Source: Octopus vulgaris
Lineage: Eukaryota
Reading direction: 5' to 3'
Assembly: GCA_951406725.2 (NCBI GenBank)
Contig: OX597819.1
Location: forward strand, 60,760,001-60,824,000
DNA length: 64,000 bases
Positions 37,031 to 49,926 of the stretch are shown piece after piece. The notes beneath the pieces were generated by a model, which made no database searches, was not told the DNA's origin, and worked only from the letters and a program-made list of their open reading frames with translations. Position 1 is the stretch's first letter; each line of letters starts with the position of its first letter. Made by a program: the position numbers and the translations under genes.

Positions 37031-38726
37031 CACACACAACTCCCTCTCTCTGTCCCTCCCCTCCCCTCTCTCTGTATGTATTCTGAGACCCCCTTCGGTC
37101 ATGACTGACCATGGGATTGCACCTAGAAAATTACCCTCCCAGGCAAAGTCCGGGCAAAGCTATTTATGGAAGACCAGCAGTCGCCCATGCATACCGGCCT
37201 CCCCTCTCCGCGCCACTAGTGTTATCCAAGGGAAAAGCAATGGCCGATACAGCTTGGCACCTGTGTCGTCGCAACTCATTTCTACAGCTGAGTGAACTGG
37301 AGCAACGTGAAATAAAGTGTCTGACCCAAGAACACAACATGCAGCCCGGTCCGGGATTCGAACTCACAACCTCACGATCGTAAGCTCGACGCTCTAACCA
37401 CTGAGCCATGCATGCATATGTGTGTGTGTGTGTATCTATATGCGTGTGTTTGAATAGGCATTCACACACACATATCTGTGTATGTTTTTATGCATACTTA
37501 TATATATGTGTATGTACCCACATACGCGCATATACATATGAATACAGGTTTGCATATCGTCTTCTTTACCTCGGGATCCATACCGTATACGATATATTAT
37601 TCGTATATGTTTCCTGCCTAAACTTATTCCAACCTATAGAGAATATGTGAGTAGCTTTTTATCAAATTAGGATGTCTGATTAACAGTCGAAGCAAACAAT
37701 TCGATTTGCTTTTCATCCATTTTATCTAAGAAAAGAAATCGCTTGGAAGAGAGGATAAGAGAAAAAAAAACATAGAACACCAAAAACAAAATGGCGTCGT
37801 TTTATTTTTACTCCGCCATACTGCATGCGGAACTTTTCCTGGATCACTGCCGTTGCGTTAGATTTCTGCTTTCAGTGCTTTGATCATAGCTTCTTGCAGA
37901 TCAATTTAGCAGGTTTGATTTTTCAGAACTAATTCTGGTTACTATTGATGATACAGTTTGATTGGTTGGTACATTTACATATTGATACCAAATATTACCG
38001 TTGTCTCTAACGTGTGTGTTTTAAAAAAAAAATATTTCCCCCCACTTTTTAAAATTCATATTGTGAATCACTCAGTGAATTTTTTTTGTGTGTGATACGA
38101 AATCAGTTGTGGCTATTTTCATTCATTCCTTCATTCATTTATTCATTCATTCATCCAATCATTTATTGATGTTTTTCCATACGGATTCCTCGCTCTGATT
38201 CTTAAATCTCGCAATGCTGGTATTGACTAGCATCCTCTGTCACCTTAGTGACGTCTATACTCTGTCTTGCTTGTTGAAGGGAGCTTGTCTCCCTTGCCAG
38301 TAATTAGATAAGTGCTTCCCCGTGGCTAAGAGTTGTTTTGACTCTTATTTCTAGCAATCCTGGTGCTGACTTGTATCCTTCGCCACCTTAGTGACGCCTC
38401 TCCCTCTCTGTCTGTCTGTCTATCTGTCTCTCTCTCTCTCTCTCTCTATTATATAAATAATATATATACATACATATATGCATATATACATACATATATG
38501 AACATACCTACATATATATGTATATATACATGCATATATGGGTACAAGACGTCAAAAATACGTGAACAAAATAAAAAACGAGAACAAAAACTAAAACATG
38601 GAAAACGAATTTTTTTTGAACAACGAAAGAAACAAATAGAGAGACTAGTACAGGCAACATAATGAACATTCCCTTCATCAGTTGTCCCCCGTTTTATCTA
38701 CTCTATGTTTCGAACGTTGGGACACA

Positions 38727-38765
<39 letters not shown>

Positions 38766-38767
<2 letters not shown>

Positions 38768-39250
38768 GGGGAAGTAAAGATTATCCGCACTTTGACCAAA
38801 ACTTTCTTTAGGTTGGCTTCACTGCTTTCAGCGCTCGCGTGCTAAAAGGTGGTACTGTTTTGGATACGCAATCAACGTTTGACCTTGATCGCTCTAGTTT
38901 TCTTTTTTTTTCTTTTTGTGTTACAAAGAAATCATGGTTGCTCCGTTGGCTGTGTACACCAAGGAAGAACAGAAACCAGTGATCCGATTTCTCTGGTCTG
39001 AATGTGTGTCAGAGGCCGGAAATTCGTTGCAGGATTTCAGTACAGTATGGGGACAGCGCTTTACCGCGTAGAAGAGTGTATGAGTGGATCGAGAATTTTT
39101 TAAATGGACAGATAAGCGTGATGACAAGAGTAAAACACGAAGAGGGAGCAGGAGGTTCATCAACCCGCATCAACAAATCCGTAAGACAATAATAGGTAAT
39201 TGTTCTGATCAGTGTATTTGGTAGAAGCGTTACACTTTCAAACAAAAAAA
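38766..39250 (+). mobile_element. Mariner remnant (transposase N-terminal HTH)
   Basis: ATG 38934: MVAPLAVYTKEEQKPVIRFLWSE, frameshift, EIRCRISVQYGDSALPRRRVYEWIENFLNG...EEGAG. Confidence 0.75.
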
Positions 39251-40197
39251 GTTTCGTTGGACACTGAATTAGCTTCGCTAATTGACAGGTGACGGTCGTT
39301 TAGAGAATGCGTAGGCTAAGACTACGCACCTTCATTGGTCAGTTAAAGTTGAGACAGAGTCACGTGATAACTTGCTGGGGCTGCCTGCTGGAGCCTTGCA
39401 GCAGGTATTTAAAGGGAAAAAAATTAACAAGACAGTCAGTCGCTCGCTGACGCTCGTTAACGCTACATCGAAGAGGTCAGGGAACAGAAGAAAGAAGAAA
39501 GAATACATGCACCCAACACCAGAGCTGAAGACACTTCCGAAAGGAGGGGGGGGCACCACGACAAAACAGTAGAGGAGTAGGGACCGAAACCGGACGTGGT
39601 TCCTCCTGATGATGTCTTGAGCTAACTGGATCCTATAAAGGAGCTGTTGTGGTAGCAGACCACGAAACATGGTTGAAATTCCTGTGTTTGAATTTTACCT
39701 CTGCCGTTCTTATCTTCGACGTCAACTTCGCCTTTTTATCTCCCCTTGGTCAATAAAATAGCTAGCAGTCAAGTACTGGGTTCGATTCAATCGATTATCT
39801 TCTCTTCCCACACGGAGAGAGAAGACAACGGTTTCACTGTCTTGAGTCCATGTTAAACACCAATATATATATATGTAATCGTGCATGTGAGTGTTAAAAC
39901 TGAAAACTGTTTTGTTTTTGTTTTTGTATTTTTATTTTGTATTTCTCAGGACATAAAAGAACGTTTAGTTTTATTTACTTGCCTTTAGAGATTTGTCGGA
40001 CATTACTTCCTTCTCCGCTACTCTCTCTCAATCGACTTTTATTGTTTTAAAATTCCATTATCTGTCCCGGCATTGATTACTTTTCACTGCAAATCACGTC
40101 ATTCTGTTTTAGTAAGCAGATACACAGTTACATGCATTCATGCGATCAACGTACACGTCCCACACAAATATATATACCTATATATACGCACATACCC

Positions 40198-40247
<50 letters not shown>

Positions 40248-40608
40248 TAATAATGTAACACCACAGGACTGCTACCAGTTACAGAGGAGTTCTATGTTTT
40301 TTTTTTACACCACCCCATGAGAGATACACTTCCCGAAACAGAACGTTATATTGAGGAAGACTTGCTACGCATATATTCTTTACGTCATCAGAAGTTGATT
40401 CTTTCCATCTATTCTTCCATTGTTCAGATTTAATGAGGCAGTCCCAAATAATTCCCAATTTATATACATACGCGCGCGCGCATGCACACGCACGCACACG
40501 CACACACATACTTTATTGAAAAATACTTCGCTAAGACTAGTTATGATGTTACTGAATGTGTATGTATGTATGTATGTATGTATGTATGTATGTATGTATG
40601 TATGTATG

Positions 40609-40649
<41 letters not shown>

Positions 40650-41716
40650 GTTCAGTTGCAATAAAACAATTTTACATTAATCTCAAAGGTTACTCTCCAC
40701 TTTTGCAGAGTGTAAATTTATTGTTCTTAAAGAAGAATACTATTGACAGTGACTTCGAAGTTCCGGCCAGCTAAGTCATCGTCGCACTGCGATACATTGA
40801 AATCAATCTTGGCTTTATATAGTCTCTGTTGAAATAAAATTTCCCTTAGGTATGTGAGTTCGAGTGAAAGGGTAATTAGGCTGCTGTAGAGTGGAATGTG
40901 ATGAAGAGTTGTTTTAGAGAAATTTTTATTGAGTTTGAAATTATGTTAATGTTTAGGATTTATTCCTGCACGCAGAACTTTGTAAACAGTTATGTATACT
41001 TAGGTGTGTCAGCTTCAGGTCAAGGGAATGCTTTTGAATGGTTCACAGAAAGGATGTATGTAGGTATAGGAAGTTTTTTTAGTCAGCGGATGTGCTAATA
41101 GTTTTAGTTATTTTTGGCTTTATTCTATTTAATCCTTTGCTTTGATAATGTAAAGGTCCAAGTTCAAAGTTTAGTCCCGAATTTAAAAACTTAGTAATTG
41201 GGTGTGTACACTTTTTTGTTATGAAATTTTTTAATAGTTTACTAAAGAATGTTAGTAGGTGGTATGTTTTAGCCGGCCAGTTTCTTTACTTGTTGCTGAT
41301 GTTATTTAGGGTATTTCCTGCTTGTATTGGAAGGTGAGGTATGTCATGGTGTTATTTGTATTGAAATTTGTTTATCTTGCGCTATGATGTCCACAAGAGG
41401 ATGCGGATAGGCGTAAAGGTTGTTGGTCTGTGTGTTTCTTTCTAAGTGTTCATTGTTCTGTAAGAAAGATTAATATATAGAAATTTTAAACTTTGTGTTT
41501 TATGGAGGCAAATTTTGTGGGTTATGCGTTCATAAATATTTCTTCAATTCTGTTTCATTTTAAGCCAATGTGAAAGTGGAACATTATAAAAGAGTATGTA
41601 CTCATGTAAAAAATTGGGAATGAAAATAAAAATTTAATTTAAAAATAAAAAATAAAAAATTTTAGAAGCATTTAACTGAATGGAGGATTAAAAAAGTGTC
41701 TTCCAACTTGTTTTCA

Positions 41717-41718
<2 letters not shown>

Positions 41719-41779
<61 letters not shown>

Positions 41780-41810
41780 GGATATATATATATATGTATA
41801 TATATATATT

Positions 41811-41847
<37 letters not shown>

Positions 41848-41876
41848 GTATATATATGTATACATATGTATCTATG

Positions 41877-41933
<57 letters not shown>

Positions 41934-41948
41934 GCGAGCAGGCCACTG

Positions 41949-42008
<60 letters not shown>
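41719..42008. repeat. Compound (TA)n/(TG)n microsatellite
   Basis: Direct reading. Confidence 0.95.
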
Positions 42009-42011
<3 letters not shown>

Positions 42012-42075
42012 AGATTGTTAGCCACTACACGCATTTTTTTCTCTCCTTGTTTCTTTCCTTGTTTTTTCTGTGTCC

Positions 42076-42111
42076 CTTTCTGTAGAAGAACGTATGCTCG
42101 AAACGTAAAAG
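42076..42111 (+). ncRNA. Degenerate minimal hammerhead-like motif in a (TA)n-flanked ~190-bp solo element (42010-42200)
   Basis: CTTT-CTGTAGA-A-GAAC-gtat-GCTC-GAAA-CG-TA-AAAG; A6 replaced by U and one mismatch in helix II. Confidence 0.45.
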
Positions 42112-42197
42112 ACTTTTTCTATTTCTGAGTGTTATACTAATACATGTGTTTGTTTTGTACACCATCTGTCTTCGTCTTTTGTTTTTTCGCAAACTCT

Positions 42198-42283
<86 letters not shown>

Positions 42284-43239
42284 CCGTCACTGCTTGACAA
42301 CCGGTGTTGGTGTGTTTACGCCCCCATAACTTAGTGGCTCGGCAAAAGAGGCCGATAGAATAAGTATAGAGAATAATTTCTTCCTTTCCATCCACTGGTC
42401 ACGATGGTCACGAAAAGAGCCAAAGGCGCTGCCCTTTCTCTTCGACCAGTTTCAAATATGCTGGGAAGGGCCATGTACACTTCACTTTTTCTTTTAACAA
42501 AGTCAGTTTTTCTTTTTTTAATTCGATGCGTTTGCTTTGTCAAAAGATATCAATATTTGAAATGACCGAGAAATAAGAAACCGCTATCAGACTTTTTAGA
42601 CCTTTTGCCCAACTCAAAAACCAGTATTAAACTTGTCTTCGTGTTTTTAAATATCTGTTTTATTTCTTCTACAAAATTGATCAGAAAAATTAAGACACTT
42701 AACATTTTCGGGATTAAAACATTCACCTTTATAAAAGGTTATAACTGATGATTTAATGAATATGATATCGTTACATTAAATCAATTATTAACTTTTTCCG
42801 ATATAGACTGCAATATAAAGTTAATATGATATTCAGAGACTGCAGTTTTAGCAGAAGGTCATAAAGTTGCAATAAGTACCCACGATCCGGTTTCGCTTTA
42901 TTGTCAAGTCTGGATATTTCGTTTGTTTGTCTGGCTGTATGCTTTAGTCAATAAGCTTAGCAATGAGTTTAGTCAATAACACTAAAGAAAACTTTAAGTT
43001 TCCTCAAGGTGAGATAAGTTAATATCGCACGGATCGAATTAGTTACTAGTTTGGTCTGTTCGCATTGCAATTTTGTGAGAACTGTGGCTTTGTTTGTAAA
43101 GATCTAAACCCAGTCATAGTAGATAATCACTAACAACTTGACTGAGTGGTTCCAGTCGGTTCGATCCTCTTGCATAAAAATTGATGGGAGAATCCCACCT
43201 CTCTCTTTATGTATATATATCTTTCCATCTGTCTCAGAT

Positions 43240-44040
43240 AGTCTATAAGGGGACGACGGTCTGCTCCTACTAACAAACTACGACTCTCAAAAAACTGAAA
43301 AATTTAGGAAAGAACTACACCACTTGTTTAAAAACTCGAGCTTCTCTATTACAGTAAAAGCACAACTAAAGTCAGTCAACTTCCTAGCTGTTACCCTAAG
43401 CCTAGAATTCAGTGTCTATAAACCCAACAAAAAAGATAACGAAAGCAATCAGTATATACATATACAATTCAATCACCCTCAAAGCATTATCAAAAACCTA
43501 GTAAAGAGCATTTCTTTTAGAGTTTCCGTTTTCTCTTCAAATGAAAAATACTAAATGAAATAGCAACTCTATATAACGAAGCTTTCAATAAAAGCGGTTA
43601 CAAGGAAAAGTGTAACATAGAAACAACAAACCTAAGAATAGAAAACGTAACAATAGCAAAAGGAAAATCATCCGGTTTAATCCCGCTCCCCTTCAACATT
43701 TTCCCCAAATTCTCTAAAAATACTTCCACCATAACCACAAGTACTACGAACTATTGAATAAACACAACGTAAAAATTGTCATATTCCACAACCAACAATT
43801 GTCAAAAAGTGAAAACCTAAATCATACAACATTTGCAATTGTAGAACCCTATTAACCTGTCCTTTAGAAGGAAACCGTCTCTCAAGAAATATCGTCTATA
43901 GCACAATGGTAATCACGAACACGAGACCAATTATTGTAGCTACATATATGGGATATACATCAAACCAGCCCAAGACACAATACAACTAACACATGCATAA
44001 ATTTCGCTACTCAAACAAGAAAAATGATACTCCACGATCC
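43240..44040 (+). pseudogene. Decayed Penelope-like element (Naiad-like motifs, tentative)
   Basis: DDGLLLL, VNFLAVTLSL, YKPNKK, NHPQSIIKNLVKSISFRVS, KRKIIRFNP, CNCRTLLTCPLEG, NIVY...YMG (GIY-YIG remnants), with stops and frameshifts. Confidence 0.72.
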
Positions 44041-45205
44041 AAGGATATATTCTTTTATTCTTTTACTTGTTTCGGTCATTTGACTGCAGCCACAGTGGAG
44101 CACGACCTTGAAGGGTTTTTAGTCGAACAAATCGATTCCAGGATTTATTTCTTAAGCCTAGTACTTGCAGAACGACTGCACTAAAGGAAACCAAGGGGCA
44201 GAAAACGGATCAAGCTTAGGGAAGGAAATTTTTTTCTTTAAATCTCACATTCACACGTCTGTATGTCATCCATCATTAGGGTCGTCTAAGGCGGTGAGCT
44301 GAGAAAATCGTTAGCACGCCGGTCAGAATGCTTAGCGGCATTTCGTCCACCTTTACGTTCTGAGTTCAAATTCCACCAGAGTCAATTTTTTCTTTCATCC
44401 TTTCTGCTATTTCCACGGCTACACTGCGCTCGAAATATTACTTTCTTTTCGAAGGCGGCGAGCTGGCAGAAACGTTAGCACACCGGGCGAAATGCTTAGC
44501 AGTAATTTGTCTGCCACTACGTCTGAGTTCAAATTCCGCCGAGGTCGACTTTACCTTTCATCCTTTCGAGGTCGATTAAATAAGTGCCAGTAAACGCACT
44601 GGAGTCGATGTAATCGATTTAATCCCTTTGTCTGTCCTTGTTTGTCCCCTCTATGTTTAGCCCCTTATGGGCAATAAAGAAATAAATATAACTTTTTTGT
44701 CTGTAAAATACCAAACGCATTCAACGCTTCCACAGTTTGTTTACAAAATATTGTTGCAGTCCAAAAGCTTTTATATTTAGCGTTTAATTTGACAGAGATC
44801 GTTGTCAGCGAGCCATTTAGCTTAATGGTAGAGTATTCAGCCAATATCTGAAGGGTACGGGTTCGACCCTCGTAGCTTTCTGCTGACAAATTATTCCGAC
44901 TTATAAGGGGAAAATACTCAATCTTTCTACTGTTTTCACGGCCACATAGCGTTCGAAATATTATTTTCTTGACTGTAAAATATATTATTATTTATTCTTA
45001 TAAACAAACTTTGGAAGTATCGAATGTGTTTGATATTTTACAGGCAAGAAAGCAAATTTTGAAGTTACAACTTTACTGTGTTCGAAATGTACTGTGATAT
45101 CTCTGTCTGTCTGTCTCTCTCTCTCTCTATATGTGTGTGTGTATGTAAAGAAATAAAAAAATTTGGTAGACGGAAATTGAAAGAAGTTCGACGAAAGTGT
45201 GTGTG

Positions 45206-45271
<66 letters not shown>

Positions 45272-45645
45272 TGCTGCTGAGACCCCCTTCAGTCATGACT
45301 GACCGTGGGAATACACCTAGAAAGTTACCCTCCCAGGCACTAGTCCGGCAAGGTTGTTTATGGAAGACCAGCAGTCGTCCATGCATACCAGCCTCCCTTC
45401 TCTAAGGGAAAGGCAAAGGCCGATACGACTTGGCACCTGTGACGTCGCAACTCATTTCTACAGCTGAGTGAAATGGAGCAACATGAAATAAAGTGTCTTG
45501 CTCAAGAACGCAACACGCAGCCCAGTCCGGGATTCGAACTCACAACCTCACGATCGTAAGCTCGACGCTCTAACCACTGAGCCATGCGCCTTCACACACA
45601 CATACATATATTATACACACACACACACATACATACATACATACA

Positions 45646-45681
<36 letters not shown>

Positions 45682-45682
45682 T

Positions 45683-45730
<48 letters not shown>

Positions 45731-46341
45731 TTGAGGATAAAATCTTTAAAAGAAATTATCAGTAGTTAGCGTGAAAACCTCGTAAGAGAAAAAATCCGTA
45801 AATTTTTCCACTTTGAAAATATTTATTTATATTATATTGAGGGTACTACTATTCGTAGATACTACACGCTAAAGAGGGGCCAATGCGGTCAAAACTACTA
45901 AAATAAACAAAAATTTTGTTTATTTAGTAAAATTTCGGTAAAATTTTGTTTATTCTAGTATATATAAAAAATTTGTTTGCTTGTTATCAGTCGTAAGACA
46001 CTGTTGTTTTCACCGTTAATGCTTCTGTATTTCATGTTTCTGTATTCCATTATTGTTTTTTGTTTTTTTATATCTGTCCCTTTTGCTGTCCTGGTGTTCG
46101 TATGCATTCGATCCTTCTTCCAGGAAATCTACGCTTCCAGCTTAGTTTTTCTAATGCTCGTTGCTTGGTTTTTCTTGGAGGGCTGGCCGTGATCTAGTAA
46201 TCTCAAGATTAATCAGCCGAAATTACTACGATGATCCGGTTCTTGACTGAAGACTGAGGGTTTCGAATGTCCTGTCCGTGTTTATTGTGTCGTCTTCTAA
46301 GAGTTATACGTTCTTGTCCATGTTGTATTTTTCTACATACC

Positions 46342-46377
<36 letters not shown>

Positions 46378-46382
<5 letters not shown>

Positions 46383-48262
46383 AAGGGTGAAAAGGAACAC
46401 ACGAGTTGATATATATGAAAAAACAAGTAAAAAATAGAAAATGCTAAAATAATTTTATAGTGAACATTTCAGTACCGGTTTCGGTCATTTTGAGACCTTT
46501 TCAACTGTAACGATTAATTAATTAAATTTAGAAAAATTAGAAGAAAAGTTTTTTTAAAAGAATATTTCTATAGTAGTGTTCAGATTTAAGTGGCATTCTG
46601 CCTTTCTCTGACTCCCTTGTTTGCACTTGTGTGTTCGAGGTAGTTGTGAGTTCTTAGTAGGGTAGTAGAGGGAAGGCTGGTGAGGAAAGGGGGTGGGAGA
46701 ATCTGGGAGTGCCCTGATGGTCGTATTTTGAATGGTCAGTGGCGGCTGGCAGTCTCAGTTCAATTCAGGAGAATATTTATATTGACAGGCTTGTTTATAG
46801 AATTAGCGTAGGTGTTATACTAAAAAACATTAGTGACAAACTTAAGGGGTAGGGGTGGAGAAGAAGAAGAAGAAGAAGAAGAAGAAGGAGAAGGAGAAGA
46901 TGATGGTGATGGTGGTGATGATTATGACGACGATGATGATGATAACGATGATGATGAAGAAGAAGAAGAAGAAGAAGAAGAAGAAGAAGAAGAAGAAGGA
47001 GGAGAAGGAGAAGATGGTGGTGATGATGGTGGTGATGATGATGACGCCGATGATGATGATAACGATGATGATGAAGAAGAAGAAGAAGAAAAAAACAGAG
47101 AAGGGAGAATATGAATGGGTGTAAATATAGCTATGAAGGGGCTGATTAGTAATGGATTCTATGGAGTGTAGTATTTGTGTGTGTATATATATTTTTTTCT
47201 TTTATTCTAAAGTTGAGGTATATTAATTGTTTGTCGTAGACCCGTTAAGAAGTGGCTTGTATTTTGTAATAAAGAGATTTTCTTTACTTATTCTTTGTCT
47301 CGAGGTTGTATCGTCCCTAAATTGGTAGAGGGGGAAAATTCTGAAGTTTGGTGTTTTTTTGTTGGCGCAAGTATCTATGTGTTGGCTAAAAGCTATTTTT
47401 CTGTTTTGGGGAATTTTTATCTGGGATCTGTGCAGGGCCATTCGTTTACGCAAACCATTTTTTGTTTGGCCTATGTACTGCTCTTGACACCCGGAGCAGG
47501 TTAGTGAGTATATTAGGTTCTCCGAAGCACATGTGAAGTTGCTTTTCACTGTAAACCGTTGTCCCTGTTTGAAGGAGAACTCAGAACCCTCGATTAGATA
47601 GTCGCATATCCCATGTTGTGGAGGATGGTGTCGAAGGCTTCGTTATTGAGAGGGTTGTGTGTGGAGATGTATGGTAAGGCTTTTGGTTGTAAGTTTTTCT
47701 TTGATTTGGGATGTCTCAGTTCCTTGATGTTAAGTTGAAGGGCACGTTGAATGCACTTGTCAATAAGTGAAGGTGGATAGTTCCTGGTGATTAGGGTATC
47801 TTTTAGTTCTTGTAGTCGTGTGTCTCTGGTGTTTGCGTTAGAGACTATAGTGCATATCCTTTTTGCTAGATTGAAGGGGATATTCATCCTGGTGTGTCTG
47901 GGGTGGCATGAATTGAATGGAAGATATTGCTTAGAGTCTGTAGGCTTATAGTATATGTCTGTTTATAGTATATTATATGTCTGTATATAGTATATTATAG
48001 TATATTATTATATAGTATATTATTAGCTTTCTTAATGAGGATATCGAGGAAGGGGAGTTGTTGTTGGCTATATTCCATCGTGAATTGGATGTTTACGTCC
48101 AGTCCGTTTAAAATTTTCTGGAATTCTATGAGTTTTTCTATATTTTTATGCCAAAGGATGAAACAGTCATCTAGATATCTCTTCCAGTTGTTTTCTATGT
48201 AGATGGAGAAAGGGCTGCCATATCTTTCTAGAACCTTACGATACAGACTGATCTCTAGGTAT
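46378..48262 (-). mobile_element. Penelope-like element, inverted (fold-back) arm: partial RT, GIY-YIG and pLTR
   Basis: Reverse complement of 48772-50790. ORFs 47223-47549 (LIYSLTCSGCQEQYIGQT) and 47594-47887. Has an internal ~160-bp deletion and a scrambled insert. Confidence 0.92.
46470..46507 (-). ncRNA. Second copy of the minimal hammerhead ribozyme
   Basis: Exact reverse complement of 50696-50733. Confidence 0.75.
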
Positions 48263-49926
48263 ACGGTATACCTAAGATCCACAAAAGTGAAAAAATAAGC
48301 AACGCATGCAAGATAGCTACAGACAAAATAATTAAAGTCCCTAATCCTAATGACCTCAAATTGAGACCCATAATAGCAGGTCCCGCATGCGAAACCCACC
48401 GCCTCAGTAACTTTTTAGACACCCTGTTAAAACCACTCCTCAAACATGTCAAAAGCTATATAAGGGACGACTTAGATATGCTCAATCACCTACCGAATAC
48501 TATAAACAAAAACACCATACTGGTATCCTTCGATGTAGTCAACCTCTACTCCAATATCCCCCACAACCTAGGACTAGAGGCAATCCAATTCTGGCTAGAG
48601 AATCACGCCAACGAACTACCACACCGCATCAAAAAAGAATTTGTGATAGAAGGGGTTAAATTCATCCTGGAAAATAACTTCTTCGCCTTCAATGACAACT
48701 TCTACCGACAAAAATCGGGGACTGCGATGGGTACACGAATGGCCCTCCTCCTTTGCCAACCTAGTCATAGGATACCTAGAGATCAGTCTGTATCGTAAGG
48801 TTCTAGAAAGATATGGCAGCCCTTTCTCCATCTACATAGAAAACAACTGGAAGAGATATCTAGATGACTGTTTCATCCTTTGGCATAAAAATATAGAAAA
48901 ACTCATAGAATTCCAGAAAATTTTAAACGGACTGGACGTAAACATCCAATTCACGATGGAATATAGCCAACAACAACTCCCCTTCCTCGATATCCTCATT
49001 AAGAAAGCTAATAATATAATAGAAACAGACATATACTATAAGCCTACAGACTCTAAGCAATATCTTCCATTCAATTCATGCCACCCCAGACACACCAGGA
49101 TGAATATCCCCTTCAATCTAGCAAAAAGGATATGCACTATAGTCTCTAACGCAAACACCAGAGACACACGACTACAAGAACTAAAAGATACCCTAATCAC
49201 CAGGAACTATCCACCTTCACTTATTGACAAGTGCATTCAACGTGCCCTTCAACTTAACATCAAGGAACTGAGACATCCCAAATCAAAGAAAAACTTACAA
49301 CCAAAAGCCTTACCATACATCTCCACACACAACCCTCTCAATAACGAAGCCTTCGACACCATCCTCCACAACATACCCCTCCTAAAAAAAGACCACAGAA
49401 TGAACACAATCCTCCAAACACACACGATCATAAAAAGCAAAAGACAGCCTAGATCCATGAAAAGTCTCCTTACACAAGGCCGAATTCACTCTTCAACACA
49501 GAAGCCGACAGTGAAAAAATGTGGAAGACCCAATTGCGGGATATGCGACTATCTAATCGAGGGTTCTGAGTTCTCCTTCAAACAGGGACAACGGTTTACA
49601 GTGAAAAGCAACTTCACATGTGCTTCGAGAACCTAATATACTCACTAACCTGCTCCGGGTGTCAAGAGCAGTACATAGGCCAAACAAAAAATGGTTTGCG
49701 TAAACGAATGGCCCTGCACAGATCCCAGATAAAAATTCCCCAAAACAGAAAAATAGCTTTTAGCCAACACATAGATACTTGCGCCAACAAAAAAACACCA
49801 AACTTCAGAATTTTCCCCCTCTACCAATTTAGGGACGATACAACCTCGAGACAAAGAATAAGTAAAGAAAATCTCTTTATTACAAAATACAAGCCAATTC
49901 TTAACGGGTCTACGACAAACAATTAA
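48262..49926 (+). pseudogene. Penelope-like (Neptune-type) RT + GIY-YIG endonuclease ORF, 5'-truncated, two frameshifts
   Basis: YGIPKIHK, LRPII, SFDVVNLYSNIP, YRQKSGTAMGT, WKRYLDD, LPFLDI, YYKPT, SCHP; linker CGRPNCGIC; LIY-x-CxxC-YIGQT with two downstream His. Frameshifts at ~48745 and ~49628. Confidence 0.93.

Noticed and set aside
38660-38720. CTGATGA and GAAAC on the minus strand (hammerhead candidate)
   Set aside because: I could not build helices I and II in any permutation; at best a decayed remnant.
40850-41480. Possible PLE N-terminus on the minus strand (FLNSGLNFELGP)
   Set aside because: One short motif amid many stops; too weak to call.
46255-46275. CTGAAGA hammerhead core candidate
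   Set aside because: No helix II followed by GAAA.
46833-47124. Poly-Glu/Asp acidic ORF
   Set aside because: (GAA)n/(GAT)n block of the PLE pLTR read antisense; the mirrored copy has indels that break the frame.
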